From positions 870,001 to 902,000 of the forward strand of contig NZ_CP006867.1 in assembly GCF_001481685.1 (NCBI RefSeq): DNA of 32,000 nucleotides. Direction: 5' to 3'. Below are positions 9,269 through 18,908 of this stretch, one piece after another. This DNA comes from Ignicoccus islandicus DSM 13165 (GTDB lineage Archaea > Thermoproteota > Thermoprotei_A > Sulfolobales > Ignicoccaceae). The notes beneath the pieces were generated by a model. The model worked only from the letters and a program-made list of their open reading frames with translations. It searched no databases and was not told the DNA's origin. Position 1 is the stretch's first letter, and every line of letters starts with the position of its first letter. Position numbers and translations under genes: made by a program.

Positions 9269-9916
9269 GTGGTTTCAATTGAGGGATATATTAGAGTGGG
9301 CATGTCCCTTAGAGTGTCCTTAATATTCGCCTTCGCCAAAGGCGTTCCGGGTACTACATTGATACACATAGAGCTCCTCGAAGACGGCAGCGGGTTAACG
9401 AAAAGCGACTTGAAAGGAACGGTCTTCCCGAAGAGGAAGACGGACGAAGGCTACGTGCTCCATCCAATAGAAATAGCGTACTTATTGTTTACTGGAAAGG
9501 GCATTGCATTTTATAAAGAGAAGGAACTGAGCTTCATTGATTACATTGGTTGGGTACTAAGGAAGTTAGAGGGTTGTAATTGCCCACTAGAGAGGACGTT
9601 CTGGTCCATGTTTACTGTATATTATGACTTGAGGAAGAGAAATAGGAAGGTGCTAGTTGAGGTTAGGAGGGATGGGACCTTAATTGAAGTCAGGAGAGAC
9701 AAGTGGTGGACTGAATACTTAGTATTGGAGGAAGGGATCGTTATAACGGTGAACGATTTGCTAGAGTGGGTAGAGGAGGTCAGGGCGAACGATCTAAGGG
9801 GCGTTGTAGCTGTAGTAGATAGGAACGGTAGCGTAACTTACTACGAGGCTTCGAAGGTATACCTCAAGGGACCCGATAGACCTTCGGTAATAGATTTGCT
9901 TTCCTCAATCTCTTAG
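9269..9916 (+). CDS. tRNA-splicing endonuclease-like protein, possibly the non-catalytic (structural) subunit
   Basis: 'LHPIEIAYLLFTGKG', 'FTVYYDLRKRNRKV', 'GVVAVVDRNGSVTYYEASKVYL' resemble EndA blocks, but the catalytic His region is not apparent. Confidence 0.5.
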   Translation: MVSIEGYIRVGMSLRVSLIFAFAKGVPGTTLIHIELLEDGSGLTKSDLKGTVFPKRKTDEGYVLHPIEIAYLLFTGKGIAFYKEKELSFIDYIGWVLRKLEGCNCPLERTFWSMFTVYYDLRKRNRKVLVEVRRDGTLIEVRRDKWWTEYLVLEEGIVITVNDLLEWVEEVRANDLRGVVAVVDRNGSVTYYEASKVYLKGPDRPSVIDLLSSIS

Positions 9917-10580
9917 CTACACTAGGGTAAAGCGTCAAGACTTCGGGTTCGACTTCGACCAAAGCCGGGTGTATTTCAGCTAACCTCTCGATGAACTCTT
10001 TGGGATCACCGTAACCGAGAACAACGGCCGCCCTTAGTCTAGGAGGTTCGAGACCATATCTAACTAACGACTCGAAGGCCCTAACTACGTAATCGAAGGC
10101 CTCTTCCCTAGCCCCCGTTACCTTGGAAAACGTCTTCGGGTCTGGTGCTTTCACCGATATCCTCACGAGGAGGTTGTCGAAGGACGCTAGGCGTTTGGCC
10201 AAGTCTTCATCGTATCCTATTAGTATACCATTAGTTTCTAGCACGAACAAGTATTTCCTTGTTACGAGACGTATTACCTCTATTAAGTGTTCTTTACAAA
10301 GGGTTGGTTCCCCTCCAGTCAGCCTAACTATATAGTAGCCTCGAGATTTCGCTATTCGATCTAGTTTCTCAGCCACTTCTTCAGGACTGTAGAACTCACC
10401 TATATCAGTTCTAACGCTGCCCTTGCTCCAACAGAAGACGCATCTGAGGTTGCATCCCACCACGTCAGCAGCAGCGCTCCCGCCGTAGAAGCGACCGCCC
10501 CTAAATCGGTAATACTTCCTCTTTTCTCCTTTGCAAACTTCCTTTTCGACTGCCTCAGTTAACTGGATGGGATCGAACAT
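9864..10580 (-). CDS. Radical SAM protein
   Basis: 'GCNLRCVFCWSKG' CX3CX2C cluster plus 'RLTGGEPTL'. Confidence 0.9.
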   Translation of the reverse strand: MFDPIQLTEAVEKEVCKGEKRKYYRFRGGRFYGGSAAADVVGCNLRCVFCWSKGSVRTDIGEFYSPEEVAEKLDRIAKSRGYYIVRLTGGEPTLCKEHLIEVIRLVTRKYLFVLETNGILIGYDEDLAKRLASFDNLLVRISVKAPDPKTFSKVTGAREEAFDYVVRAFESLVRYGLEPPRLRAAVVLGYGDPKEFIERLAEIHPALVEVEPEVLTLYPSVAKRLRKANLLPKVYRVP

Positions 10581-10587
10581 CGCTTCA

Positions 10588-10965
10588 TCAATCCTGACTG
10601 ACGAAAAGGGAGGCGGGCCTCTCCCTAATCTCTATTTTCAAGAACCTCCTCACGTTCACGTCGTTACTTTCCATTGCCTTTATAACTCCGTCTTCCAGTT
10701 TCCTTATCTTGTCGGCGCTCAGCTCGCCCGCTATATCTATGTCCGTCAGTATTACTCCTCTGGGCGTTCTAAAGCTCCTCACGGAAACTAACTGATTATC
10801 AGTAATTTCGCTTATAGCAGCCATTACGTCTCTCCAGAACCCCGAAGGGAACCACCTACCGAACAACCTTATTCTAGTTACTTTGGTGATGCCGTATCGT
10901 TGTTCGCCTTGGAGTTGACCTTCCTCAGGAACGCTCCTACCTTGATACGTTGGAGTAGCCGCCAA
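10588..10965 (-). CDS. Hypothetical protein (125 aa)
   Basis: Open frame 7 nt upstream of the radical SAM gene on the same strand. Confidence 0.6.
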   Translation of the reverse strand: MAATPTYQGRSVPEEGQLQGEQRYGITKVTRIRLFGRWFPSGFWRDVMAAISEITDNQLVSVRSFRTPRGVILTDIDIAGELSADKIRKLEDGVIKAMESNDVNVRRFLKIEIRERPASLFVSQD

Positions 10966-11026
10966 CGTCGTTATCCCTTCATTGATATCGCCGAACTTGG
11001 GGTATATATACTTGGCAACTTCGCTC

Positions 11027-12385
11027 TCATTGCCTTACGTCGCTCTTGACCTCCTCCACGTTTACTCTACTCAGAGCAGCGATACCGCTCAAGCCAACTA
11101 GACCAGCTAGAACGAACGTGTATCCTCCATCGAGCCCTTGCGCTTCTAGGAACCTGTATATGAAGGCGCCTAACGAGGGACCTATTATCATTCCTAGGTT
11201 AAAGAATGCTTGTTGCATTCCGAAGACCTTCGCGGTAATTTCCTTGGGTATAACGTCGCTTAACAAGCTCCTTAGAAGGGGTAATAGAACGTTGGAAAAG
11301 ACGTTTATTATTGATAGTACGATAAAGGCTATTGGGAAAGACTTAGAGAACGGGAGCAGCATGAAGCTCACTTTGTGAAGCGTACCGCTAATTATTAAGA
11401 GCTCGAACTTCTTCTCTATATCAAGTGCGTTGATCTTTTTCATGAACGGCATCGTAACAATTATTGAGACTAAACCGGACCCGGCCAGTAACGCAGAGAG
11501 CATGGCGGGGATCGAGGTCACGTATTGCATAATGTAAACAATCGAGACGCTCATTAACATTCCTGCCGCGACTCCGTTTATGAATCCATTGAAAAAGAAG
11601 ACGTAAACTGCGTTTAGAACCTTAGATTTGAGCTCCTTTATCTTCATGTTACTCTTGTTCCTCAGCTCAGGAATAGAGTAAACGGTAGCCAATCCCAATA
11701 GGGCGCCGATAGGCAATAGGAGGAAAGGTATTCTGATACCCAATTCCAAGGGTACGTGAGCTGAAAGCTGTAATATCGAACCCCCTAAAGCGGGGCCTAT
11801 TACGAATCCTATGTTCATCGCCATTACATATAACATTAAAGCCTTCGTTTTCTCTGAAGGTACTGACAAAACTATAATCGATTCTGCAACGGGCCATACC
11901 AAGGCGGAAGCGAAGCCTTGGAGGGCCCTCGCAATTAATACTTCCATGAAGTCCTTGGAGATAAGAAGCTCGAGGCCAGTCAAGAAATAGAGAATTAAGC
12001 CTATAAGTATGGAGCGCTTGTACCCTATTCTCTCTGCTATATAACCGGAGGCGAAGGCCACGCCTACTCTAGTTATCATGAAGGCCGAGGTAAGTACGCC
12101 TACCTCTACCGCGACCTTCTGCGCAGGTAATAGTTCCTCTAATAGTGAAGGTAGCGATCCCTTGAAATATAGGAGTAAGTAAGGTATCGCGACGTTCGTC
12201 GCAGCGAAGGTGGCGCTTATTATGAACGAAAGCGCAACCAGTCTCGTCCACACTTTAATGACCCGAGGGCTTAGAGGGTGGTCGGATTGAAGAAGGGTGC
12301 AGTAAGGGGAAACGCTCTTAGGGTAAGGCCATCTGACCTGAGAACTATGGCTTTCTGCCCACGGCTCTTGTTCTTCGAAGTTCAC
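11027..12385 (-). CDS. Major facilitator superfamily transporter
   Basis: About 12 hydrophobic segments with 'GYIAERIGYKRSILIG', 'RALQGFASALVWPVAES', 'GPALGG'. The true start is probably GTG near 12253 (VWTRLVALSFII...), which removes the overlap with the divergent gene. Confidence 0.88.
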   Translation of the reverse strand: MNFEEQEPWAESHSSQVRWPYPKSVSPYCTLLQSDHPLSPRVIKVWTRLVALSFIISATFAATNVAIPYLLLYFKGSLPSLLEELLPAQKVAVEVGVLTSAFMITRVGVAFASGYIAERIGYKRSILIGLILYFLTGLELLISKDFMEVLIARALQGFASALVWPVAESIIVLSVPSEKTKALMLYVMAMNIGFVIGPALGGSILQLSAHVPLELGIRIPFLLLPIGALLGLATVYSIPELRNKSNMKIKELKSKVLNAVYVFFFNGFINGVAAGMLMSVSIVYIMQYVTSIPAMLSALLAGSGLVSIIVTMPFMKKINALDIEKKFELLIISGTLHKVSFMLLPFSKSFPIAFIVLSIINVFSNVLLPLLRSLLSDVIPKEITAKVFGMQQAFFNLGMIIGPSLGAFIYRFLEAQGLDGGYTFVLAGLVGLSGIAALSRVNVEEVKSDVRQ

Positions 12386-12877
12386 GTGCCCCGGGAAAGG
12401 GGGATTGCGGAGCTATTGAGGCTCTACGCCGGCAAAGTGTGGCACTTCCTAATAGAGCTCTTCTCAGAAGGTGAGGACGAGGTTGCAGCGGAAGGGGCCT
12501 TCGGTGGGGCCCTTTTGAAGGGAAGGGCTGACTTAGTTAGGGACGATGCAATAGTAGAGATCAAGAGCGGGAGGGGACCTAGGGAAGGCGTGTGGTACGG
12601 AGACTTCCTCCAAGCCTCGGCTTACGCGTTCGTCTTGGGTAAAAGGAAGATAGTTATCAAGTATAGAGATAAGGAGGTCGAGATGGCTTTGAAAGAAAAC
12701 CATGAAATTGAATTGGTTGAAGCAATCAAGTTGTTGAAAATGATAATTGAAGGGTACTTACCTCCCCCTAAAAGGAATAGTTGGTGCTCCAAATGTCCAT
12801 ATAGAGAATTCTGTGACGCCCTGGGCGAGGAAGGCGACGATTGGTTCCCTAAATTGCCTTGGGTTAAGACTTCATGA
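12278..12877 (+). CDS. cas4: Cas4-like RecB-family PD-(D/E)XK exonuclease with Fe-S cysteines
   Basis: 'RTMAFCPRLLFFE', 'LKGRADLVRDDAIVEIKSGRG', 'FLQASAYAFVL', 'NSWCSKCPYREFCD' (1 + 3 Cys). Exact start uncertain. Confidence 0.85.
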   Translation: MVGLKKGAVRGNALRVRPSDLRTMAFCPRLLFFEVHVPRERGIAELLRLYAGKVWHFLIELFSEGEDEVAAEGAFGGALLKGRADLVRDDAIVEIKSGRGPREGVWYGDFLQASAYAFVLGKRKIVIKYRDKEVEMALKENHEIELVEAIKLLKMIIEGYLPPPKRNSWCSKCPYREFCDALGEEGDDWFPKLPWVKTS

Positions 12878-13274
12878 GGTTCGACCACTTCTGGTAGAAC
12901 TCCCTTATTCTCTTCCTCGTCTCTTCCTTTAATTGGGGCGGACCGCTCAATCGTAGGGAGCTACCGGCGACGTTTAAGTGTACGTCGTAGAGCACGTAGA
13001 GCCAATCTACCATTGTTAGACCATATATCACCAACATGTTAGCCCTGTCATCGTAAGCCACCATTGCCGCTACGGTACCGCTCTTCCTAGCTAACTTCTT
13101 GAACACGTCCAAGTCCTCTATTAAAGCCGAGGCGGCAGTTCCGTGATGAGGTATGTCTAGGTGATCAGTAACTACAATGGTAACTCCTTCGGAACGCAGC
13201 TCCTCCAAAGCCTTATCGAATTCATCCAATGCCCTTATTGCTTTCGATCTTAACATTCTCTTACTCACCCGCAT
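12864..13274 (-). CDS. Hypothetical protein (136 aa)
   Basis: Open frame convergent with and overlapping the Cas4-like gene by 14 nt. Confidence 0.6.
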   Translation of the reverse strand: MRVSKRMLRSKAIRALDEFDKALEELRSEGVTIVVTDHLDIPHHGTAASALIEDLDVFKKLARKSGTVAAMVAYDDRANMLVIYGLTMVDWLYVLYDVHLNVAGSSLRLSGPPQLKEETRKRIREFYQKWSNLMKS

Positions 13275-13517
13275 TTAAACGCTACGTAACTGATTCAAAG
13301 TCTTTGGGTTAATTTTCCTAACTTCGGAGCGGGATCAGTGAGAGGAAGACTACGTCATTCAGAACTTCCGCGAAGGGCGTGTTCATCATTTCCTCGGCTC
13401 CCGTGGACTCCTCATTCGAAAATCGGGCCCCATAGGGTTCCTCATCGCATGCGTAAGATCACAGCATAATGTTATTTAAATACTTTTCAGTAAGATCTAG
13501 CTACATGGTGAAGAGGT

Positions 13518-13799
13518 ATGAAGAGAATTAGGATAAGGTTTACTAAAGCTAAGTGGCCCGCTAAGGCCCTAGCTCAAGTCCTAAGCGCAATCGCGGAAGA
13601 GTATCCTGACAACGAGGTATTGCTAGTTAAGGCCGGTCAAAACGTTCCAATATTAGACATAAACATATACGTGGAGGAGGAAGACGAAGAAAAGCTCAAG
13701 GAGCTAGAAAAGAAGATATTGAGTATCCTTGCTGAGAACGACATTAGCCACGTGGTTTACAAGGGAGTTAAAGTGTTTGATGTAGAAAGCAATTCCTAG
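13518..13799 (+). CDS. Hypothetical protein (93 aa)
   Basis: Open frame preceded by TATA-like 'TTATTTAAATAC' about 30 nt upstream. Confidence 0.65.
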   Translation: MKRIRIRFTKAKWPAKALAQVLSAIAEEYPDNEVLLVKAGQNVPILDINIYVEEEDEEKLKELEKKILSILAENDISHVVYKGVKVFDVESNS

Positions 13800-13857
13800 C
13801 TTCCTGTACTGAAAGTATCGAGAATCACTCGCAGTACTTAAATACGATAAGAGCCTT

Positions 13858-14397
13858 ATGATAGACTTGGGACACGGGGAAATGGCCGGTTCGAGTAACC
13901 AAATAACGTTGAGTGAGAACGAAAAGAAGGCTTTGAAGCTAATAATTGAGGCTGGCGAAGAAGGCCTCCTCCAGCAAGACCTGTGGAAGATGCTGGGCAT
14001 CGATAGTAGGGACGGATCTAGAATAGCGCTGAGGTTAGCTAAGAAGAAGCTAATCTATAGGGAGCTAGTAACCATAAAGGGTAGGAAGACCTATCGTCTA
14101 ACGGCTTTAGTCGATAAGATACCAGAGGAAGAGGAGGAAAAGAAAGAGGAAAAGAGCGAAACCAAGTACGTTAGAAGGCCTCCGAGGCCCGTTAGGTTAA
14201 ACGTAAAAGTTAGCATGAAGCTCGTTTCCACTGTTCCATGCGCTACGTGTCCTAACCTACAGAGGTGTGCAAAGGGACAGTTTTACGATCCAACTAAGTG
14301 TAAGAAGCTCAACCAATGGCTACAGAGATTAGCTGTTAAATTACAACAAAAGAAGTCTGCCAAGCAAGAATCTCGTGCAGTCGAGGCGACGGCTTAG
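13858..14397 (+). CDS. Winged-helix protein with C-terminal Cys cluster (archaeal Rpc34/hRPC39-like)
   Basis: 'LSENEKKALKLIIEAGEEGLLQQDLWKMLGIDSRDGSRIALRLAKKKLIYREL' HTH, then 'CATCPNLQRCAKGQFYDPTKC' cluster. Confidence 0.7.
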   Translation: MIDLGHGEMAGSSNQITLSENEKKALKLIIEAGEEGLLQQDLWKMLGIDSRDGSRIALRLAKKKLIYRELVTIKGRKTYRLTALVDKIPEEEEEKKEEKSETKYVRRPPRPVRLNVKVSMKLVSTVPCATCPNLQRCAKGQFYDPTKCKKLNQWLQRLAVKLQQKKSAKQESRAVEATA

Positions 14398-15025
14398 GTA
14401 ACTCAGCAACTTTGTATTTAATTCTGTAACCACATTTCCTACACTGAGGTCCATCCCAAGCAATAAGTCTCCCCATTTCCCTTATTGCGTTAGGCGTCTT
14501 GCATCTCGGACACCTGGTATCCTCCCTCAACGGTTGATCGTGATTATATACGTAATAGTATCCCTGCCTCTCGTAGAGCTCCTCGTATATTTCGTACTTG
14601 AACGTATGTATTGGAACTTCCTTAGGAACCCTTTCAGCTTCTTGGAAGGAGTTCACTGCAACTTCAAGCCATTCCCTCTTTGGGACGTCTTTTAACGGAG
14701 ATGCTAGGAAGAGGTTTGCTTCCTCAGGGAGATTTAATGGTTCAACGTACCTTACGCTTACGTAATAACCTTCTTCGATGAGCTTCTCGGCTGCTTCTGT
14801 TGGAAGGGGGCCGTCGAAGACGATGTGCCTAACTTTGTAACTATCGGCCTTATGCATTATTTCTTCTAAGTAGTATTCCTTTCCATAAGTACCTTGCAAC
14901 TCCGGAACTGTTGCGGGAGGGTTCCATTGAAGGACTACGTGCAAGGCTATTGAACCGGGTAGGTAGTGATATATATACAGTCTCTCTACGTACGTTAGTT
15001 CGCCTAACGCTATCCTTAACTTCAT
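14336..15025 (-). CDS. Protein with C-terminal zinc ribbon; possibly a degenerate PFL-activase/radical-SAM-fold relative
   Basis: 'CPRCKTPNAIREMGRLIAWDGPQCRKCGYRIKYK' zinc ribbon at the C-terminus; no CX3CX2C motif anywhere. Confidence 0.55.
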   Translation of the reverse strand: MKLRIALGELTYVERLYIYHYLPGSIALHVVLQWNPPATVPELQGTYGKEYYLEEIMHKADSYKVRHIVFDGPLPTEAAEKLIEEGYYVSVRYVEPLNLPEEANLFLASPLKDVPKREWLEVAVNSFQEAERVPKEVPIHTFKYEIYEELYERQGYYYVYNHDQPLREDTRCPRCKTPNAIREMGRLIAWDGPQCRKCGYRIKYKVAELPKPSPRLHEILAWQTSFVVI

Positions 15026-15076
15026 GGAGATCCCAGTTTAAAACTCTTCGAATACACTTATGAGCAGGGAAGCTCA

Positions 15077-15790
15077 GTGAGCGACGAGCAGCGTCTAGTA
15101 GTACCTGGCGAGCTAATAGCGAAGAAGACCGAGAAGCTGAAGATAAATCCTAGAAGCTACATGTATATACACATAGTAGGCGATAAGATATACGCGGCCG
15201 TTCCAGCTGTGGTTATATTAAGAGAGGACGAGCTGAACGTTATACCCCTAGAGAGCACGTACGTGCCCAAACAGGGCGATTTAGTAATAGGCCTCGTTCG
15301 AACGTACATGATATCCCACTGGGAACTGGACATAAACTCCCCCTATCCGGGGATATTGCACGCTAGCAACGTCCTCGGAAGGCCCTTCATACCGGGTAAA
15401 GATGAGCTAAAGGACTACTTAGATATTGGAGATTACGTATTAGCGAAGGTGGAGAGCTTCAATAGACTCAAGGACCCCGTTCTAACCGTTAGAGGAGACA
15501 AGAAGCTAGGCAGAATAACTCGCGGTAAGATAATAGAAATAGAGCCATCGAGGATTCCTAAGGTAGTTGGGAGAAAGGGGAGCATGTTAAACATCATAAA
15601 GGGCGATACCGGTTGCGAAGTGGAAGTCGCTGCCAATGGGAGGATTTGGGTAAGTTGTCCGAACGAGGAGTTAGAGGACATAGTGACGTTAGCCATTAAG
15701 CTAATAGAAAAAGAAGCCTTCACTGCTAAGCTCGCAGAGAAGGTTAGAGTTCTAATCGCTGACGAAAAGCATGAGAGGGGATTAATTTGA
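15077..15790 (+). CDS. rrp4: Archaeal exosome subunit Rrp4
   Basis: N-terminal/S1 ('[32 protein letters not shown]') and KH domains ('[18 protein letters not shown]'). Confidence 0.95.
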   Translation: MSDEQRLVVPGELIAKKTEKLKINPRSYMYIHIVGDKIYAAVPAVVILREDELNVIPLESTYVPKQGDLVIGLVRTYMISHWELDINSPYPGILHASNVLGRPFIPGKDELKDYLDIGDYVLAKVESFNRLKDPVLTVRGDKKLGRITRGKIIEIEPSRIPKVVGRKGSMLNIIKGDTGCEVEVAANGRIWVSCPNEELEDIVTLAIKLIEKEAFTAKLAEKVRVLIADEKHERGLI

Positions 15791-16515
15791 GCGGTGGAAA
15801 GGCACCGTTTCCCTTATTCAAAGACGGTAAGAGGCATGACGGAAGGGGTCCGCTAGACCTAAGACCGATTGAAATGAAAGTAGGAATTCTCCACAACGCC
15901 AACGGCTCGGCTTGGGTCAAGTTCGGAGGAACTGAAGTAATTGCAGCAGCTTACGGACCGAGGGAACCGCCCAAGTTCATGAGCTTGCCCGATAGGGCCT
16001 TGCTAAGGTGTAGATACCACATGGCGCCCTTCAGTACAGACGAAAGAAAGAGTCCAGCTCCTTCAAGGAGGGAAGTGGAGCTCTCGAAGGTAATTAGAGA
16101 GGCGCTCGAACCAATAGTCTTGACCCAGCTCTTCCCTAGAACCGTAATAGACGTGTTCGTAGAGGTAATTCGAGCAGATGGCGGTACCAGAACTGCTGCA
16201 ATTACGGCAGCTTCCCTAGCTTTGGCAGACGCCGGAATACCCATGAAGGACCTAGTTGCGGGCGTCGCAGTAGGCAAGGTCGATGGTCACTTGGTATTGG
16301 ACATTGATCAAATAGAAGACAACTACGGTGAGGCGGACATGCCGGTGGCTGGCGCTGTCAGCTTGAACAAGGTCGTGTTACTCCAACTAAACGGAAAGTT
16401 ATCACCGAAGGAGTTCGATGAAGCGATGAAAATGGCTTGGATTGGGATTAAGAAAATTTATGAAATGGAGAAGAACGCGTTAAAGGAAAGCATTAAGAAG
16501 GAGGTGGTGTTCTAA
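15787..16515 (+). CDS. rrp41: Archaeal exosome subunit Rrp41
   Basis: RNase PH fold '[44 protein letters not shown]...[15 protein letters not shown]'. Confidence 0.97.
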   Translation: MSGGKAPFPLFKDGKRHDGRGPLDLRPIEMKVGILHNANGSAWVKFGGTEVIAAAYGPREPPKFMSLPDRALLRCRYHMAPFSTDERKSPAPSRREVELSKVIREALEPIVLTQLFPRTVIDVFVEVIRADGGTRTAAITAASLALADAGIPMKDLVAGVAVGKVDGHLVLDIDQIEDNYGEADMPVAGAVSLNKVVLLQLNGKLSPKEFDEAMKMAWIGIKKIYEMEKNALKESIKKEVVF

Positions 16516-17354
16516 TGTCAATAACCCCCTTTAACGTGCCTATAATACCAAGGCTTAAGAGGGAAACTTTTCTTTCCTTATTAAAGAAAGGCGTTAGGTT
16601 GGATAAGAGGAGGTTAAATCAGTTCAGGCCTATCACTATAGAGTACGGAGTAGCCACTAAGGCCCACGGGAGCGCGTTAGTAAGTATAGGCAATACCAAG
16701 GTACTAGTAGGCGTTAAGATCGAACCGGGTAGACCCTTCCCAGACTTACCGGAGGAAGGGGTATTGAACGTAAACGCCGAGCTCGTGCCCTTGGCATCGC
16801 CGGAGTTCGAACCAGGACCTCCAGACGAGAACGCTATAGAATTAGCTAGGGTAGTGGATAGAGCCCTAAGGGAAACCCCCGTCCTAGACACCTCCCAGCT
16901 AGTTCTAATACCAGGAGAAAAGGTTTGGGTAGTATGGGTCGACATATACGTCCTCGATCACGATGGTAACCTCTTCGATGCGGCTATGTTAGCTTCCATG
17001 GCAGCGTTGTTGAACGCGAAGATACCTGAGCACGAGGTTAAGGAGGACGGAACCGTCGAAATAACCGGTCCACCCACCTATCCATTACCAATAATCAACA
17101 AGGTAGTTAGCGTTACCTTAGGCGTAATAGACGACTCCTTTATAGTAGACCCTAACTTAGAAGAGGAAAACATAATTGATGGAAAGGTGTTCTTTGCGTT
17201 CGATGAGGCCGGTAACGTAGTTGGAATACAAAAGAGCGGTCCAGCGTGGATAGATTTCAAGAAGGTTCAAGTTGGCTTTAACATAGCTAGGAGTCTCTAC
17301 CAACACCCTCTGAAAATACTACTATCTAGCTTAGAAGGTCCCAAGACGCAATAA
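16515..17354 (+). CDS. rrp42: Archaeal exosome subunit Rrp42
   Basis: 'GVRLDKRRLNQFRPITIEYGVATKAHGSALVSIGNTKVLVGVK...'; directly follows rrp41. Confidence 0.96.
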   Translation: MSITPFNVPIIPRLKRETFLSLLKKGVRLDKRRLNQFRPITIEYGVATKAHGSALVSIGNTKVLVGVKIEPGRPFPDLPEEGVLNVNAELVPLASPEFEPGPPDENAIELARVVDRALRETPVLDTSQLVLIPGEKVWVVWVDIYVLDHDGNLFDAAMLASMAALLNAKIPEHEVKEDGTVEITGPPTYPLPIINKVVSVTLGVIDDSFIVDPNLEEENIIDGKVFFAFDEAGNVVGIQKSGPAWIDFKKVQVGFNIARSLYQHPLKILLSSLEGPKTQ

Positions 17355-17482
17355 AAAATGTTTTTGAAGGGAGCGTTGCTTCAAAACGGACTTCTAGTGA
17401 GCGCAGCTCGAGCGTTTATCCCTATCTAGAAATACTATACATATAAGGGATAAGTGCGTAGCTCTATTGAGGAATGAGTTAA

Positions 17483-17758
17483 GTGAGGAAATTCAGTATA
17501 GTTTTCTCCCTCATACTCCTATCAGCTTCGGTCTTCGCGGCTGACATGAATAAGCCTGAATACGTAACTGACGTCCAGCTAGCCAAGTTCTTCGCAGCTT
17601 ATTCCCTTATAGGAGGAGTACTCACTTCGGTGTCGCTTCTAGTTGCTGGCCAACCTCTAATTGGAATAGGATTTCTAATTGGGAGCTTAATTGCTGCGGC
17701 AATAACCTACTTCCTAGCGCTGTTCTTACTGAAGTTGGTAAAATCAATTGAGATTTAA
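17483..17758 (+). CDS. Small membrane protein with signal-like N-terminus (91 aa)
   Basis: 'MRKFSIVFSLILLSASVFAADMN' signal-like segment, two further hydrophobic helices, TATA-like 'TACATATAAGGG' upstream. Confidence 0.65.
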   Translation: MRKFSIVFSLILLSASVFAADMNKPEYVTDVQLAKFFAAYSLIGGVLTSVSLLVAGQPLIGIGFLIGSLIAAAITYFLALFLLKLVKSIEI

Positions 17759-17760
17759 AT

Positions 17761-18534
17761 TTAGACTTTAACGAACCATTTTTTGACTAAACCGCTTTCG
17801 ATTAACCTCTTGTAACCGTACCCCAACTTCAACATCGTTAGAACCTTCCCCCTATTTTCCGGAGGCACGTAAGTGCCAGCAACGTGAGTTGCACCGAGCA
17901 AGCTTGCGAAGTACGGATGAACGGTGGCAGTCGGTCCTATCAACAGCTTCGCTCTCGACTTCACTTTCTCGAAAACTATTGATAGCCTGGGATCCAGCAA
18001 GGAGGAACCGGTCGCTATTATCGCGTCCGCATCGTCTTCCAAGAAGACGTAGTTCCCTGGGTAACTTTCAATGCCGCTTCTCTTAGCTTCGCAACGGTAG
18101 ACGTGATTGTCCTCGTACAGTACTACTTGAGCGCCCTCCTTCTTAAGCTCCTCTATTACGTTCTTCATGTATCCTATTGCTATAACCTTCATGCCTCTTT
18201 GAAGGCCGATCATTTCAGATACCTTCGGCGATGGCGTTTCAACCTCTCCACCTTCTTCTATCCACTTTTGAGTAAGCGCTGAGAGAGCGGACAGCGCTAG
18301 GGAAGTTTCTGCTATCCCCTTCCACGCAAGCTTAAAGAGATCTCTTACCATCAACCCCTCTAGTTCTATTATCTCTGGAGGTTCTGTATCGGGGCAATAA
18401 GCGAAGCCTATGGAGTCCATTACCTTGGCGTAACTCATCCTCTTAGAGATCCCTAGGTCCTCTATTCGAGAAGTGGAGTACTTGCTCAGAGCGCTCTTCA
18501 GCGTTGCTATTAGCGCATTCGATAACAAGTTCAT
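17761..18534 (-). CDS. DUF364-like protein
   Basis: 'VKSRAKLLIGPTATVHPYFASLLGATHVAGTYVPP' and 'VFLEDDADAIIATGSSLL' pattern. Confidence 0.65.
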   Translation of the reverse strand: MNLLSNALIATLKSALSKYSTSRIEDLGISKRMSYAKVMDSIGFAYCPDTEPPEIIELEGLMVRDLFKLAWKGIAETSLALSALSALTQKWIEEGGEVETPSPKVSEMIGLQRGMKVIAIGYMKNVIEELKKEGAQVVLYEDNHVYRCEAKRSGIESYPGNYVFLEDDADAIIATGSSLLDPRLSIVFEKVKSRAKLLIGPTATVHPYFASLLGATHVAGTYVPPENRGKVLTMLKLGYGYKRLIESGLVKKWFVKV

Positions 18535-18577
18535 ATTATCTCCTAACGATACGCTAGTTCAGCTAATGAAATAAAGG

Positions 18578-18904
18578 TTAGGGATGTTCGCGCTCACCTT
18601 TCAATAGCTTGTAGGCCCTGGAGGCCTCTACAGCAGCTGCGCCCCAGACCCCGAACTTGAGGTACTCCTTCGCGTTCCTTAACAAGAACCTACCAACCAA
18701 ACCCCTCAAGCCTCTCTTTTCCATCGAATCTACCTCCCTAACCATGGCTTCAACTAAGGTCGCCTCCCTTCCCCCGTAGTATACTTTCCAAGTTAGGAAC
18801 TCCAGGTCCGGGTAGACTTCGGTAGTTATTTGAAAGGTGGTCAAGACTATTATAACAGCAGTGAGTACTAGTAGGAAAGCTATCGCCAGTTGGAGGAAGT
18901 ACAT
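18578..18904 (-). CDS. Hypothetical membrane-associated protein
   Basis: N-terminal TM helix; starts just downstream of the transglutaminase-like gene. Confidence 0.55.
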   Translation of the reverse strand: MYFLQLAIAFLLVLTAVIIVLTTFQITTEVYPDLEFLTWKVYYGGREATLVEAMVREVDSMEKRGLRGLVGRFLLRNAKEYLKFGVWGAAAVEASRAYKLLKGEREHP

Positions 18905-18908
18905 GGGA

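Noticed and set aside
13335-13389. Possible C/D box sRNA on the minus strand (ATGATGA ... CTGA ... ATGACGT ... CTGA)
   Set aside because: Spacing between the putative C and D' boxes is about 20 nt rather than ~12, C' is poor and there is no convincing terminal stem. It may be chance within a short intergenic region.
15433-17260. ORFs antisense to rrp4, rrp41 and rrp42 (e.g. 15433..15723, 15951..16277, 16619..16945, 17078..17260)
   Set aside because: They lie entirely antisense to well-supported exosome genes and show no independent motif or promoter.
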